A stretch of 64,000 bases of DNA, taken from IMG/VR virus record IMGVR_UViG_2913177423_000001, positions 1 through 64,000 of that record; one strand, given 5' to 3'. Source of the stretch: a virus. Taxonomy: Duplodnaviria; Heunggongvirae; Uroviricota; Caudoviricetes. The notes beneath the pieces are model-generated. The model saw nothing but the letters and a program-made list of their open reading frames with translations. It was not told the origin of the DNA and did no database searches. The position numbers and the translations under genes are program-made. Of the stretch, positions 20,241 to 28,802 are shown piece by piece. Every line of letters starts with the position of its first letter. The stretch's first letter is position 1.

Positions 20241-20732
20241 TTGTTATTATTTCGCTTATTTACTATCAATGGGTGTGTTAGAAAAATAGCGCGAAAAAGA
20301 AGGCGTCGCAGTGAATATTCTGAAACATCCCCACATGCCGCAGCTCTCAGAGAACTGGAGAAAAACCCAGATCTAATCAAAAGGAACCATGAGCATTACG
20401 AGCAGGTTCGCGTCCTGGACTGGTTGTATCGCAATATGCGCTATGTGTATGAGCATACTCACGCCACTCCAAACGGCGGTCTGCGAGGCATAAGGACGGC
20501 AATAAAGATGGTGGCAGAAGGCCAAAAGAAGGGATATCCCGATCTTTCTATAGACCTTGCTTGCGGGGGATACCACGGAATGCGCATTGAGATGAAACAT
20601 GGGAGAAATCGCCTGACTCCCGAACAACTCGTCTGGATGACTCGCCTCACTGAAGCAGGTTACTACTGCTTTGAGGCGCGCAGTGCCGCTGAAGCCATAA
20701 AAGCTATCACGGAATATGTTTGTCTTGATTAA
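20241..20732 (+). CDS. VRR-NUC domain nuclease-like protein, start uncertain
   Basis: C-terminal KGYPDLSIDL, GYHGMRIEMKHG and LTPEQLVWMTRLTEAGY resemble VRR-NUC; first in-frame ATG is at 20436; track start is TTG. Confidence 0.5.
   Translation: MLLFRLFTINGCVRKIARKRRRRSEYSETSPHAAALRELEKNPDLIKRNHEHYEQVRVLDWLYRNMRYVYEHTHATPNGGLRGIRTAIKMVAEGQKKGYPDLSIDLACGGYHGMRIEMKHGRNRLTPEQLVWMTRLTEAGYYCFEARSAAEAIKAITEYVCLD
20276..20292 (+). promoter_or_regulatory. weak C1-like operator motif copy
   Basis: TGTTAGAAAAATAGCGC matches the left 11 positions of the motif. Confidence 0.3.
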
Positions 20733-20746
20733 ACGGAGAAATCGTT

Positions 20747-20947
20747 TTGCGTTTACTTAACGTGGCTGAACTTATCCCTGCTGGTGCTAACGTTGTTGCT
20801 CGCCGTCGGTCCTGGCAGCAACCATTGTGTGTTGAGTTGTCGAAACACAGCAATGGAACAATAGAGGCTCGCAATATTGTTACTGGTGATAAGGTTCACA
20901 TTACCCCGGAAAGTACAGGCGCTGATGATTGGGAGTTTGTACATTGA
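20747..20947 (+). CDS. hypothetical protein (66 aa)
   Basis: TTG start with GGAG upstream. Confidence 0.35.
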   Translation: MRLLNVAELIPAGANVVARRRSWQQPLCVELSKHSNGTIEARNIVTGDKVHITPESTGADDWEFVH

Positions 20948-21243
20948 GCAAAAAACATTATGTGAACCTGACGTTTGCTGATGACGCCGGGAGAACGCGG
21001 AGCATAACGCTCAACACTGCCCGCAAGGTGGTAACCGCGCCGTTAATCCGTGAAGCCCTCAGGGAGCTGGATATGGGTGAGAACTCGGCCCTGTTGTCGG
21101 TTAGCTGGCTAGGGAAAATGTCAGAGAAAGAATACGTAGACGGACTTACTCCAATAACAGCTATGAGACTGCTTTCATTGTTGCAATGGGCTATCGTGCC
21201 TTTATGCATCGTGTATTTTATCTACCAGGCAATGACACAATAA
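20929..21243 (+). CDS. hypothetical protein with C-terminal transmembrane helix
   Basis: hydrophobic C-terminus LLSLLQWAIVPLCIVYFIY; start uncertain. Confidence 0.4.
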   Translation: MGVCTLSKKHYVNLTFADDAGRTRSITLNTARKVVTAPLIREALRELDMGENSALLSVSWLGKMSEKEYVDGLTPITAMRLLSLLQWAIVPLCIVYFIYQAMTQ

Positions 21244-21250
21244 CCGCTCA

Positions 21251-21277
21251 AAAACCCGCCGACTAGCGGGTTTTTTG
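21251..21277 (+). terminator. intrinsic terminator
   Basis: CCCGCC-gacta-GCGGG hairpin followed by TTTTTTG. Confidence 0.7.
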
Positions 21278-21318
21278 TTTATCACATCTTTCGCTCTTGT
21301 TCTCATGCTAATAAAATG

Positions 21319-21335
21319 TGTTAGAAAACTAATTT
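21319..21335 (+). promoter_or_regulatory. C1-like operator motif copy
   Basis: TGTTAGAAAACTAATTT, one mismatch to consensus; directly upstream of gene 21346. Confidence 0.5.
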
Positions 21336-21345
21336 TGCAAAAGTA

Positions 21346-22566
21346 ATGGGAACTGCAATGAGTCAACAAACTGATACTTCTAATCTGGAAATCATCTCAG
21401 CCGCGATTGAAACGCTGCGGACACAGATCGCCCTTATTCAAAAGCGGAATCCGGGGGATGACCTGTCTAGGCGACTACATGAGAGCGTCATTGCCACTAC
21501 TGATAACCTGGTCGCGGAGATCAACCAGCTACTTGAGGAAGGGACGGTTGATTACAACAAGCTGGTGGATCAGTTTGAGGAATATCAGCAAGCTGTTAAT
21601 GATGGCCTGATTCGTTTTTCACAAGTCACAGGCGTATCAGCGACAGTTGAAAGCCTGGGCGATGCAGTTAATCAATTTGCCGCTAATATGCGTAGTGAGA
21701 TCGGCAATCTGGAAGCGCGTCTTGAACAGGCAAATACACTGCGCAAATCTGCTGAAGCCGATTTGAGCCGTTACAAAAAAGACTATCCGCCCAGCCTGTC
21801 AAAACGTCTGGATGTTGCGGAGAAGGATAACCGCGCACTGAAAAGAGAGCGCCGGGAGCTGAAAGAGCGTTTAACAGAGCTGAATCAGCAATGTATTAAG
21901 TATCAAGGTGAAGGCGTCACTCTGCGTAAGAAGTTAGCAGCTGCGCAGAACATTATTGAAACTCTGAAACGAGAGTGCTCACAGCTTGGGCATGATCTGA
22001 ATCGCGCTTGTGGCATGGGGCAAAGACCAGAGACATTTCCGCTTATGTATGATGGGAGGGAAGCTATTGCCTATATCCATGAGTTTCCGCATGGCCTGGT
22101 CGCGGAGACTGGGCAGCGAGGAGAAGCATTACTGACGGCTAATTACCATCAGCAAATCAGAACTAGCCGCCTGCTGACTATGGATGTGATCCCATCTGTA
22201 TGGGGAACGCCGCTTTACTATCGCCTCCCCGGCTTCGAAAAGGACTGGAACAACGACATAGACGAATGTCTGGCAGATAAAATAATGGCGTACCTGGAGA
22301 CTGATTTCCCACGCCTGCATCGCCGGATTATGGACTCTAAGGACGCGCCGATCGATGAATTGAAAATGCGCCCAGAGACGCTGGAGGCAATCAAGCAGAC
22401 GGAGTTTGACACTGTATTCAGTGTGGCCTGCATTCCAAGCTGTTTCCATGAAAGTATCCCGTTCATGCAAGGCGATCGTCGTCAGGAAATCATTGATGCT
22501 TGTCGCGTATGGGCGAACGAATGGGACAAGAAGAATGGGGGAGTAGAAGATCTTTACGGGAAATAA
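21346..22566 (+). CDS. hypothetical coiled-coil protein (406 aa)
   Basis: long ORF with heptad-rich N-terminal half; no catalytic motif recognised. Confidence 0.55.
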   Translation: MGTAMSQQTDTSNLEIISAAIETLRTQIALIQKRNPGDDLSRRLHESVIATTDNLVAEINQLLEEGTVDYNKLVDQFEEYQQAVNDGLIRFSQVTGVSATVESLGDAVNQFAANMRSEIGNLEARLEQANTLRKSAEADLSRYKKDYPPSLSKRLDVAEKDNRALKRERRELKERLTELNQQCIKYQGEGVTLRKKLAAAQNIIETLKRECSQLGHDLNRACGMGQRPETFPLMYDGREAIAYIHEFPHGLVAETGQRGEALLTANYHQQIRTSRLLTMDVIPSVWGTPLYYRLPGFEKDWNNDIDECLADKIMAYLETDFPRLHRRIMDSKDAPIDELKMRPETLEAIKQTEFDTVFSVACIPSCFHESIPFMQGDRRQEIIDACRVWANEWDKKNGGVEDLYGK

Positions 22567-22568
22567 TG

Positions 22569-22585
22569 TGTTAGAAATTTAATTT
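22569..22585 (+). promoter_or_regulatory. C1-like operator motif copy
   Basis: TGTTAGAAATTTAATTT, one mismatch. Confidence 0.5.
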
Positions 22586-22600
22586 CAACATACGAACATG

Positions 22601-22629
22601 TTGATTGTAGGTGTAACATAACATAGAAT
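22601..22629 (+). promoter_or_regulatory. sigma70-like promoter
   Basis: TTGATT, 17-nt spacer, TAGAAT; downstream of operator copy and heading a non-coding region. Confidence 0.4.
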
Positions 22630-22724
22630 TTTCCTTGCTGGTGGAGCGTTGCCACATTTCGCTTGCTGGGCTTGATAGTCACTTATTGGTTGTTGTTCGC
22701 CCACCAGCAAATAACAAATTAAAG

Positions 22725-22741
22725 TGTTAGAAAATTACAGG
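22725..22741 (+). promoter_or_regulatory. C1-like operator motif copy
   Basis: TGTTAGAAAATTACAGG matches first 14 positions. Confidence 0.4.
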
Positions 22742-23326
22742 TATACAGGGACTCGCTTTGGCACCGAGCAAGCCAAAGTTCGGCAGGTTTAGTGCGTAAA
22801 GTGGTTTCAGAGAGAGCACTTTACGGAGTAAACGACAAGACATGTTGAGCCACGGAAGGTCTTTTTAAGATGTTCATTGATGATGGTCCGGAAGAGAGTA
22901 ACGGGACTCACCGCATCGAATCATCATCAATGCACATCCTCAACATTAAGGAGGCGCAGGGTTGGTTTTGTGCTCGCTTTTTTACTGACTCTGAGTCTCC
23001 TTAATGTTGCGGTAATGCACCTATGCGGATGCGGCCTTGCATTGTGTCTTGAAAGAATGGGGTAAGGCCGGGGATATCCCCAGGGGGAGGCACCCCCGCC
23101 GCAACGAACAGCCATAGACGGCAGTCGAGTGATGAAAACGTGAAAAGACTTTAAACCTCGTTACGGCTGGCGTGGCAAACGCGACAACCGGGATAGGACG
23201 GTGACGGGCGGAGAGAGTGCCGCATCAAGAAAGAAGCCGACTTGTGATTACTTTCTGCGGGCCTTTGAAAGTGAATCCAGCTCAGGCAGTCGGCTTCTTT
23301 CTTGTGTGAGATGTAGTAGCGTGTTT

Positions 23327-23352
23327 GCCCATCTTCGGGTGGGCTTTTTTAG
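23327..23352 (+). terminator. intrinsic terminator
   Basis: GCCCA-tcttcggg-TGGGC hairpin followed by TTTTTT. Confidence 0.6.
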
Positions 23353-23533
23353 GGTTTTCGTCATTGTTAGCGACTTTGCGGCTGTTTATAAACTGACCAT
23401 TAAAGTAAATGCAAACGATGATCTGATGATGGTAGCGGCCTAATAAGCCTGACGCCACGGGGTATGAGTCGTCCCCCGTCAAAAAATCGACCACAGAGTG
23501 TCCCCGTCTGTGTATTAGGGAACGGGGAGGCAT

Positions 23534-23610
23534 AACAGGCAAGGGCGCTGGTGTGATTAACCAGATGAATGAGAAGGGTCAGGTCTTTCTGGTCAGCGCC
23601 CTTACCTGTT
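23534..23610 (+). repeat. structured hairpin element of the tRNA island (copy 1)
   Basis: 17-bp arms AACAGGCAAGGGCGCTG and CAGCGCCCTTACCTGTT around a 43-nt loop; shares the ACAGG-AAGGGC motif with the other copies. Confidence 0.45.
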
Positions 23611-23811
23611 ACGTCCCTCCCGCGTAACAGCCATTGCTTGATGGTATAGGGGAAAGTTTGTTGGTTACGGGTATATCCCGTCATGCTGAAGGCGCTAATC
23701 ACGCTGGAAGCCAGGGTTATGCATCCCCTGTTACCGAATTGCAGCCAGGGCGCGTTGCGCCGAAAAGCATACGGAGGTGGAAGCCCTCGCCGGAGACGTA
23801 CCCGGCACAAT

Positions 23812-23888
23812 GGTGGTGTAGCTCAGTAGGATAGAGCAGCAGCCTTCTAAGCTGTCGGTCGGTGGTTCGAATCCACTCACCATCGCCA
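23812..23888 (+). tRNA. tRNA-Arg (anticodon UCU)
   Basis: cloverleaf readable by eye: acceptor GGTGGTG/CACCATC, D-arm GCTC-AGTAGGATA-GAGC, anticodon loop CTTCTAA, T-loop TTCGAAT, encoded CCA. Confidence 0.8.
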
Positions 23889-23892
23889 AATT

Positions 23893-23968
23893 GCCGATTT
23901 AGCTCAGTTGGTAGAGCAGTCGCTTTGTAAGCGAATGGTCAGCGGTTCGATCCCGTTAATCGGCACCA
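23893..23968 (+). tRNA. tRNA-Thr (anticodon UGU)
   Basis: acceptor GCCGATT/AATCGGC, D-arm GCTC-AGTTGGTA-GAGC, anticodon loop TTTGTAA, T-loop TTCGATC, encoded CCA. Confidence 0.8.
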
Positions 23969-23970
23969 AC

Positions 23971-24036
23971 ACAACAGGTAAGGGCATTCTCCCTTATGGG
24001 GCTTGGCTTAAATGCATCGAGTGCTCTTACCGTTGT
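23971..24036 (+). repeat. structured hairpin element of the tRNA island (copy 2)
   Basis: arms ACAACAGGTAAGGGCA and TGCTCTTACCGTTGT directly after tRNA-Thr. Confidence 0.45.
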
Positions 24037-24182
24037 GATGAAGTGCAGCTCTTTGAAGCAACCAGAAGATAAGCATCTGGCTTCACAACATAAACCGCAG
24101 GAACGACCAATAAACGGTAGTCCGTATGGCGAACACCCCGTTGAGGAAGAGGCCTGGCCGGAACCGTAACCGGCACTACAAC

Positions 24183-24260
24183 GTTGAGAGCATTGGCGTA
24201 ACGGGGTCATATCCCAATCTATGAATAAATGTTGCGTTGCAGCGTGACAACCAGTGTTTT
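24183..24260 (+). repeat. degenerate copy of tRNA-island element with T-arm-like minihelix
   Basis: GGGGTCATATCCCAATCTA and TTGTGGTGAATGC shared with the copy at 24854. Confidence 0.35.
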
Positions 24261-24386
24261 CAACATTGTGGTGAATGCACAGGCTGATGTGCCGCAACTA
24301 CAGTAGTGCGCGCTTTGCGGGGCTTGCTACAACCCTGTGTCGGAGTTCAGCGCCGACCATCACAATTTATTTAGAAACTGTCATCC

Positions 24387-24800
24387 ATGAGCGCGAGAAC
24401 AGTAATTATGCAGAAAGAGCAGTTTGTTATTTCTCTAGTGGTTAGCACCAGTTATCAGGTCGATAAAGTTTCGAAAGAAAGCGTACCTGAAATTGATGTT
24501 GTCGATGTGTTCGGCAATGAACTCAAAATACCACTTCGTGAATTTAATGAAATAGCAGCTCCGTTGGGCAAAATTGAAGGCCTGGAAGAATACCACAAGC
24601 GGATGATTATCGAGCGCGCCCAACTATGCCAGCGCATAAATAAGCTGGTTAGATTTATCGGAACAGATAACTTTCTCGCCATCGGCTTGGACAGTCAGTT
24701 GGAATTACAAAATCAGCTCGAAAGCATGATTGAGTATCGAAAAGCTCTTGATTCGCGGTTGATTAAATTAACCGAATATGACCCATCAGTAAGCGGTTAA
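24387..24800 (+). CDS. hypothetical protein (137 aa)
   Basis: ATG at 24387; AT-rich ORF embedded in the tRNA island. Confidence 0.45.
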   Translation: MSARTVIMQKEQFVISLVVSTSYQVDKVSKESVPEIDVVDVFGNELKIPLREFNEIAAPLGKIEGLEEYHKRMIIERAQLCQRINKLVRFIGTDNFLAIGLDSQLELQNQLESMIEYRKALDSRLIKLTEYDPSVSG

Positions 24801-24853
24801 TTATAAATTTGGGGCGGATGGTTAGTCCGCCGTTAACTCCATGAAACGGAGTA

Positions 24854-24932
24854 CGCAACAGGTAAGAGCATTCTCCTGTAACGGGTTCATATCCCAATCT
24901 ACAGGTCCACCAAGAATGCTCTTTCCGTTGCG
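24854..24932 (+). repeat. structured hairpin element of the tRNA island (copy 3)
   Basis: 20-bp arms CGCAACAGGTAAGAGCATTCT and AGAATGCTCTTTCCGTTGCG; loop carries GGGTTCATATCCC. Confidence 0.45.
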
Positions 24933-24979
24933 GTGAATGCGGCTAAGCGCACGCGGAACAGTTAAAACAATCTTCCTTA

Positions 24980-25303
24980 ATGTTTAAGTCAAACATCCCG
25001 GCGTTAATTGTTAACTGGTTAACGTCACCTGGAGGCACCAGGCACCGCAATCTAATAAAGTTTCAAGCAATGGAGTTTTTGTTGTCAGACTACAGATATA
25101 GATGGTTGTGGAAGAATATCCTGTCCATATTCAAGTTTTTTCTTCCGCTATTTGTCTGCTTTGTCATGCTTCCTGAGCTGAAATACGCAATTTCAGACAC
25201 CTTAAGCACTATCGTTACTTTTGTGTTTTATCTTTACTTTGATTACTTATTGAGCACTAAAATCTATGAATTATCCGATGAAATGCAAGGTGGCTGTAAG
25301 TGA
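24980..25303 (+). CDS. small hydrophobic protein (107 aa)
   Basis: ATG at 24980; predicted TM helices; AT-rich. Confidence 0.35.
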   Translation: MFKSNIPALIVNWLTSPGGTRHRNLIKFQAMEFLLSDYRYRWLWKNILSIFKFFLPLFVCFVMLPELKYAISDTLSTIVTFVFYLYFDYLLSTKIYELSDEMQGGCK

Positions 25304-25440
25304 TGAATTTTTGGGCGTTTGCCGATAAGAACCCTGGTTGGACATTTTTATTTCTGCTGGTGGTTGCATATGGGGTCGAGCAAGCGGCAAAAGCCTTACG
25401 CGGTTCTGGCAAAAAGCGTAAGCGGAATTGACAGTAATCT

Positions 25441-25516
25441 GGCCCCTTAGCTCAGTGGTTAGAGCTGGCGACTCATAATCGCACGGCCATCGGTTCAAAT
25501 CCGGTAGGGGCCACCA
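25441..25516 (+). tRNA. tRNA with CAU anticodon, probably tRNA-Ile2 (lysidine) rather than Met
   Basis: acceptor GGCCCCT/AGGGGCC, D-arm GCTC-AGTGGTTA-GAGC, anticodon loop CTCATAA, T-loop TTCAAAT, CCA; 5-prime half resembles enterobacterial ileX as recalled. Confidence 0.75.
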
Positions 25517-25702
25517 TATTTGGTTGTAACACGGCGTCTGGCACATGCGTCGTTAGCGGTCTGGTGACGTTAAAGGGATTCCCTCCCTCGCTTAGGCAAA
25601 CAAATCAGGTAGCCGGAATGTGCAAGCCACCGTTTAGTTCTTTCTCGGATAAAGGGGCTCACCACCCTGGCGACGCGGTGTGACAGCCGGAAGAGCACGG
25701 CG

Positions 25703-25750
25703 CACAACAGGAAAAGGCGTTTAATTAGCGTGAGCGCCGTTTCCGTTGTG
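25703..25750 (+). repeat. structured hairpin element of the tRNA island (copy 4)
   Basis: arms CACAACAGGAAAAGGCG and CGCCGTTTCCGTTGTG. Confidence 0.4.
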
Positions 25751-25972
25751 GTAATTGCGGCTATGCGCTCGTGACGAAGCCATTTTCATTCATTGCGGTT
25801 CTGATAAGTGTCGTCGCCGGGCGTGGCTGACCTGGCAGGTGGAGGCACCACCGCCACAACTCCTTTCAATTCATCATATAGCCGCTCAGGCTGTAACCCT
25901 TAATTAATACGAAGTTTCGACATCTCTATCGGTTTAACCGAGGGATGGTCGCGCGTGTAAAAAGGAGACGTT

Positions 25973-26548
25973 ATGTTAACGGCGAACGATAACGCGTATG
26001 CAGAAGCAGATCTCATATTGAGTGACTTCATCGGTCAGCGGGAACGCTGGACACAAAAGCGAGAGGAACTTTATGCCTCGTTAGTTCGCAAAGGTGTCAA
26101 CATTGAAACCGCTCAAAGCGGCGATATGACGGTAGTCAGTGTTGGATTACATGGTGTGAGCGTGTCCGCAGCCAATCATGAGCCATACGTAGCGTTATCC
26201 GAGTCGATGGCAAGGCTAATTAAGTTTCTGAAGCAAACAGAAGCCAATAATGTTTTCATCGCCAAAAAGAACATCAATTTTTCTGCCGCCGTGTTCTGGA
26301 TGATGAAGGGGCTTGACGCCCGCCGGGCATCATGGCCTAAAGGGAGCTATATGTCGATGTTCCGTGGCAGTATTGGCAGTAAAGAAAAGCTCGTCGAATT
26401 CCTGCCGGAAGAAGCATTCGATATTGTGGAAGGGTGCGATGTGATGGTTATGCCTCGCCTGGTAATGATGAATGGAGATTTACAGGCACAGACAGACTGG
26501 TTCGCCACTGGCGTGGATATTATCGCGACTGACTGGGAGGCATTCTGA
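25973..26548 (+). CDS. protein with C-terminal DUF2829-like (Tad2-like) domain
   Basis: ATG with AAGGAG upstream; C-terminal AAVFWMMKGLDARRASWPKG and DWFATGVDIIATDW fit the DUF2829 pattern. Confidence 0.45.
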   Translation: MLTANDNAYAEADLILSDFIGQRERWTQKREELYASLVRKGVNIETAQSGDMTVVSVGLHGVSVSAANHEPYVALSESMARLIKFLKQTEANNVFIAKKNINFSAAVFWMMKGLDARRASWPKGSYMSMFRGSIGSKEKLVEFLPEEAFDIVEGCDVMVMPRLVMMNGDLQAQTDWFATGVDIIATDWEAF

Positions 26549-26940
26549 TGTACGAGACTACAAAATTAAGCATTCATGAAGCCACCAATATGGAGTGGAA
26601 TATCGTCACCTGTAAGATTGTATCGTGTAATGCTGCGCGTACTGATGCAGGCCATAAGAGCACGATAACAGGCTACATGGTAATGGCTTATAGGGGATTG
26701 AGAGTTCGCTTTATCTGGAAAGCTCGGCAATTGACACCATTCAGAGAGCCGTCAATGCCATTAGAGGTAGAACAGGATTATTTAAGCCTGCCGGAAATAG
26801 ACGGTGCAACGCTGGTGGATTCTGATGGTCGTAAGGCTGATTTTGAAGTCAGCTTAAAGGTGGCGCAGGCCGTAATTAATAACTCACGTGGTAAGTGGAT
26901 CGCTAAGGTAAAACACGTCGTTCGCTTATCTCGCTGGTAA
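26548..26940 (+). CDS. hypothetical protein (130 aa)
   Basis: ATGA-coupled to the upstream gene. Confidence 0.5.
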   Translation: MYETTKLSIHEATNMEWNIVTCKIVSCNAARTDAGHKSTITGYMVMAYRGLRVRFIWKARQLTPFREPSMPLEVEQDYLSLPEIDGATLVDSDGRKADFEVSLKVAQAVINNSRGKWIAKVKHVVRLSRW

Positions 26941-26970
26941 TGTTAGATAAATGGAATTAATTTTCTAATA
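26941..26970. promoter_or_regulatory. overlapping inverted pair of C1-like operator motifs
   Basis: TGTTAGATAAATGGAAT on plus strand overlapping GAATTAATTTTCTAATA on minus strand; upstream of gene 27049 and the terminase genes. Confidence 0.5.
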
Positions 26971-27048
26971 TAGCTAACTTTTTGCCAGTCTATACAGAAA
27001 TAACATTCTCATTATCATCCCCTCGGTCATTTCCTGCCTGGGGGATTA

Positions 27049-27441
27049 ATGGAGCATATCAGCAGCGCAGAAATTGCGGATATCATGATTAGGGCTGACT
27101 GCTATCTGACAGTCACCGAAATCACCACTCTCGCTAAAGAAAAATATCCTCACCTTCATGTTTCACGCGTAAGTGTAACCAACATCATTCGGCATTTTGT
27201 GCGGTCAAGCCGAGCTATTTGTGAGCTTGATGATCGTGTTTACCCACGGAAATACTGGTTGCATGGCCTGAACGGATATCAGTTCAAGGTGCGCGGGCGT
27301 ACCCCTGAATACGGCAGTTTGCTGGTTAAAAACTGTAGCAGGAAGTCTGCCGAACTGGCGCGACAAGAGCAGCGCGAGCTGGTGGACATGGCTAATAAGC
27401 TGTGGAATGCCGCAGTTAAAAAGCGTGGTGTTGCTTTATGA
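27049..27441 (+). CDS. hypothetical protein, late-promoter-activator (Lpa) candidate by position only
   Basis: 130-aa ORF directly upstream of small terminase gene and downstream of an operator pair. Confidence 0.35.
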   Translation: MEHISSAEIADIMIRADCYLTVTEITTLAKEKYPHLHVSRVSVTNIIRHFVRSSRAICELDDRVYPRKYWLHGLNGYQFKVRGRTPEYGSLLVKNCSRKSAELARQEQRELVDMANKLWNAAVKKRGVAL

Positions 27442-28802
27442 GCCTGGTTAATTGGGAAGAGCACCGCGCCAAATTTATAGCGTTGCGTGAAGAAAAAGGG
27501 ATCACCGTAAAGGAATACTGCGAGCAACACGACCTTAGCTTCAATACCGCCAGAAAGCATCTCAATATGAAAAAAAATGAGGTGCGGTCGCAGGTGAAGA
27601 CTACAAAAAAAAGCACCAAATCACCTGAAAAAAAACGGGCAGGAAGAGCAAAAAAAAGGCCAGAAGAGGGTACAGAAACAACAAAATTTACAGAAACTGA
27701 CAATTCACAGAGCGGAAGTTCTTTCCGGAGCATGCCGAGAAAGAAAACTTCGGATCATAAAAATAACGACAATAATAACAATGAGATAAAAGAATCTGTC
27801 AGGAGATCATTGCGCGAAAAAATGGCGAAAATGATCCCCGCCGAAGATAAATGCGCCTCAAAAACCGAGGGATCTTCAGCAATGATCCCTGGCGGTGCTG
27901 TGCAGCGTGCCACGTTGCCCACTACGAGTGTGGCTCGCGACATGATGAAGAACGGCGCAGAAGAGCACCTGCGGTTAGCAATTCAAATGGCGCAAGAACG
28001 CGCACTTCAGTACCAAAGCATTGTTGATCAGGAGGCCGAACGCCTACAGGCGGAGATAGACGCCCTGGGTGATGAACAGCCAGAAGGAATGCACCCTGGG
28101 CAGCGACTTCTCGGTCTAATCAGTGACGCGGCCTACTACATGAACGATTTTATCAGTAGGTTGGCAGCGATATATCAGTCCGAACAAAAGCTGCGACAGG
28201 GTGATGAAAAACTTCGTCAGGGTGCTCGCCAGCAAGCATTCAGAGAGGCCGAGGCCAGAGAAAAACTCGAATTAGCACGCCTACAGGCCGAACAGCGCGG
28301 CAAAGAGATTGAATATCGAATTGGCGCTGACGCACGCGCAGCCAGAGTTATCGCCGCCGCTATACGTATGCGTGAGCGCGAGGAACTGGACGATATCGGT
28401 GTTGCTGAATACATCGAGCGTCAGGGTGTCAGTGTCCCGGCTATCCTCGCGGCGCGCGCGGCAAAAGCTATCGATCTTCTCGAACCGCCAGTTTCTGACA
28501 TCAATGATGTTGATGATGAACAGCTGGACAAAGAGGCAAGGGAGTATGCATTGCTTCAGGCAAACCATTCTCAATGGCTGGCAGAGCGCCGGGCAGATGT
28601 GGCTACCATTGTTGAAGACCTGGGGTGCGGAGATTACGACAGCAATGGCGAGCGTAAGGCTGGGGAATTCGAGGCCAACGACGAAGAGTTAGATATTGAC
28701 CCTTCGGCAACGGCTGAAATTTACGGTGATTATGATGCATCAGACGTAGGGTATGACGCCGGAGATGATGATATCGCGATAGAACCTCCGGAGGACGATT
28801 AA
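27438..28802 (+). CDS. terminase small subunit, PacA-like
   Basis: 454-aa ORF ATGA-coupled to the large terminase; N-terminal HTH-like region, basic low-complexity stretch and acidic C-terminus. Confidence 0.6.
   Translation: MSLVNWEEHRAKFIALREEKGITVKEYCEQHDLSFNTARKHLNMKKNEVRSQVKTTKKSTKSPEKKRAGRAKKRPEEGTETTKFTETDNSQSGSSFRSMPRKKTSDHKNNDNNNNEIKESVRRSLREKMAKMIPAEDKCASKTEGSSAMIPGGAVQRATLPTTSVARDMMKNGAEEHLRLAIQMAQERALQYQSIVDQEAERLQAEIDALGDEQPEGMHPGQRLLGLISDAAYYMNDFISRLAAIYQSEQKLRQGDEKLRQGARQQAFREAEAREKLELARLQAEQRGKEIEYRIGADARAARVIAAAIRMREREELDDIGVAEYIERQGVSVPAILAARAAKAIDLLEPPVSDINDVDDEQLDKEAREYALLQANHSQWLAERRADVATIVEDLGCGDYDSNGERKAGEFEANDEELDIDPSATAEIYGDYDASDVGYDAGDDDIAIEPPEDD
27753..27887. other. 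candidate pac site (GATC cluster inside small terminase gene)
   Basis: five GATC sites within 135 bp (27753, 27805, 27833, 27871, 27884), analogous to the methylation-sensitive hexamer repeats of the P1 pac site. Confidence 0.35.

Noticed and set aside
23812-25516. tRNA cluster as a chromosomal integration junction (att site)
   Set aside because: All three tRNAs are full length with encoded CCA and are flanked on both sides by phage-type genes and operator motifs; more consistent with phage-encoded tRNAs.
23534-25750. Repeated hairpin elements as a CRISPR array
   Set aside because: Copies are non-identical, irregularly spaced (about 90 to 850 bp apart), interleaved with tRNA genes and ORFs, and there are no cas genes.
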